From the NCBI GenBank assembly GCA_047495785.1, contig JBLDXI010000024.1, positions 3,906,001 through 3,970,000 on the forward strand: a DNA stretch of 64,000 nucleotides, read 5' to 3'. The notes below the pieces were generated by a model, which saw nothing but the letters and a program-made list of their open reading frames with translations, was not told the DNA's origin and did not search any database. The stretch comes from Lepidodermella squamata. Taxonomy: Eukaryota; Animalia; Gastrotricha. Positions 62,797 through 64,000 of the stretch are shown here, piece after piece. Position numbers and translations under genes: made by a program. How positions within the stretch are numbered: position 1 is the stretch's first letter; the number at the start of each line of letters is the position of its first letter.

Positions 62797-63144
62797 TCAA
62801 AGCAGCAGTCTATACCGATTAGCTATAAGATACTCAATAAGGCGTGAATTTTGGTAGCTAGCACGCCGCGGCGTGTTACTGGGGCTAGGCGATGTGAGCA
62901 GCAATTTGATTAGCCCAAACGGGTTGGGCAGGAAATTATTAGCATTCGGACTTAAGCCCTCGTCCGAGTTCGAAATGCCTGACAACACGCTGTTCTCAGA
63001 CTTGGTGTTTAAGCTGAATTTAACGTTTTTCCAACGTTGGCGAGGGTAATAATGCGAATTTCTATCAAATTGGGGCAAGCGAAATATTGGGCCATCGTCA
63101 ACTGTTGACGCGTTGGTATCGGCACGCAATAAATAAGACTCCAT
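62797..63144 (-). mobile_element. Truncated Polinton/Maverick-like major capsid protein N-terminus in an IQCA1 intron
   Basis: DGPIFRLP...HYY...NVKFSL...LSPNANNFLPNPFGLIKLLL...YQNSRLIEYLI follows the Polinton MCP pattern PIEFxIP...Y...VxPVNNFLHSLFSxVxV...YxYRAYIExLL. Confidence 0.5.
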
Positions 63145-63202
63145 ATACGTTACAGATTCGCGTCTTTCACTGTTTTTAATGGGCCAAAAAAACGAAAAAA
63201 AA

Positions 63203-64000
63203 TCAATTAAAATACGTGATCACAAAAGTTTCATCGAGGTGAAAGACGCCGAATTTACATGGTATTTCAAACCGGTTTGAAACAAGGTGTTCAATAAATT
63301 TCGACCCGGCATCGGCTGCTGGCTTAGGCGTTGGGATAGGTTTCAACCCGATCAACGATTTCAACTCGAACAACCCCGAAGGATCTACGGTGTAACCATC
63401 GGAGAAAACGGGCGAGAATGACGTTTTCTCCCGGCGTAATACCTCAGGATCAACCTCTGGGCCGTAGACAGGCCCCTCTGCTGGTGACTGCTGAACCCCT
63501 GCCTGGTTAGGAGTTTGCAGAGATTCAGTTAGATTTACAACCTCCTGAGCTTTGGGTGACTTGAACGCCCCGTCGTCCGAATCAGAATCTGAATCGCCAA
63601 ATGATATCGAATCATCGGAACCCTTTCGTTTCTTTGCTATTGACTTTTTCTTGGCTTGACCCTTCTTAGCAGGACCTTTCTTCTTCTTGACAACCCGGCG
63701 CTTCTTCCCACCCTTAGCAGCCGGCTTCGAGGTGGCCCCTAACCCACTAATTCCCGTGCTATGGGTGGTCAGTTGCTTGATATTTGAAAGAAATGACTCC
63801 CATCCTAAATTGGCACCTCCAGTCCCTCCTGCCCCTCCAGCTACAGGGGCGGGCTCGTGCTGAGCAGGGGGAGCTCCGCCTTCAGAACTCTCATCTGATG
63901 AACTGCCATCGGAACTTTCATCACTTGACGTAAAATCTGTATCGGAGCTTACGGAAATTTTTTCCAAATATTTTCCCAAGGAAACTTTTTTCCAGCAACT
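63203..64000 (-). CDS. Intronless Lys-rich / Ser-Asp-rich ORF nested in the IQCA1 intron, open to the window edge; probably viral or Polinton-derived
   Basis: More than 260 codons without a stop; acidic Ser tracts flank KKRRVVKKKKGPAKKGQAKKKSIAKKRK; it lies 58 bp upstream of the capsid-like ORF on the same strand. Confidence 0.45.
   Translation of the reverse strand, partial: SCWKKVSLGKYLEKISVSSDTDFTSSDESSDGSSSDESSEGGAPPAQHEPAPVAGGAGGTGGANLGWESFLSNIKQLTTHSTGISGLGATSKPAAKGGKKRRVVKKKKGPAKKGQAKKKSIAKKRKGSDDSISFGDSDSDSDDGAFKSPKAQEVVNLTESLQTPNQAGVQQSPAEGPVYGPEVDPEVLRREKTSFSPVFSDGYTVDPSGLFELKSLIGLKPIPTPKPAADAGSKFIEHLVSNRFEIPCKFGVFHLDETFVITYFN

Noticed and set aside
63203-63979. Lys-rich ORF as an upstream IQCA1 exon
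   Set aside because: It lacks the DLTxDR junction expected before RTIESLYEELV, ends in its own stop codon and has no IQCA1 motifs.
1-64000. tRNA, rRNA, snRNA/SL RNA genes, CRISPR arrays or prokaryotic defence systems
   Set aside because: None recognisable by eye; a covariance-model scan would be needed to exclude small RNAs.

Overview
Eukaryotic (invertebrate animal) genomic DNA, gene-dense, with mostly short GT-AG introns. I reconstructed 17 host genes by hand: NOL6 (partial), two tandem polyamine-oxidase-like genes, SSR4, AASDHPPT, Rab-GDI, a divergent gene with about 8 tandem homeodomains, HSD17B10, POLRMT, DNAJB11, USP19, SLC35B4, COG5, TBCK, CBLL1/Hakai, a GPS2-like gene and OTUD5, plus the 3' part of IQCA1/DRC11. 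Genes lie in same-strand runs, often only about 90-340 bp apart, with a splice acceptor just before the ATG, which suggests operons resolved by trans-splicing. An apparently intact 7.76-kb Mutator-like (MULE) transposon has TIRs, an 8-bp TSD, a spliced transposase and a second orphan gene. The larger introns and spacers hold short fragments of many unrelated parasites: LINE gag/endonuclease/RT, CRE-like RT, copia integrase, hAT, piggyBac, Helitron, a possible DIRS RT, a Polinton-like capsid and a probable RNA-virus nucleoprotein. Nearly all recognisable fragments are antisense to the host transcript, which would fit an intron-borne small-RNA memory library. Family assignments are from motif recognition only; no searches were run.
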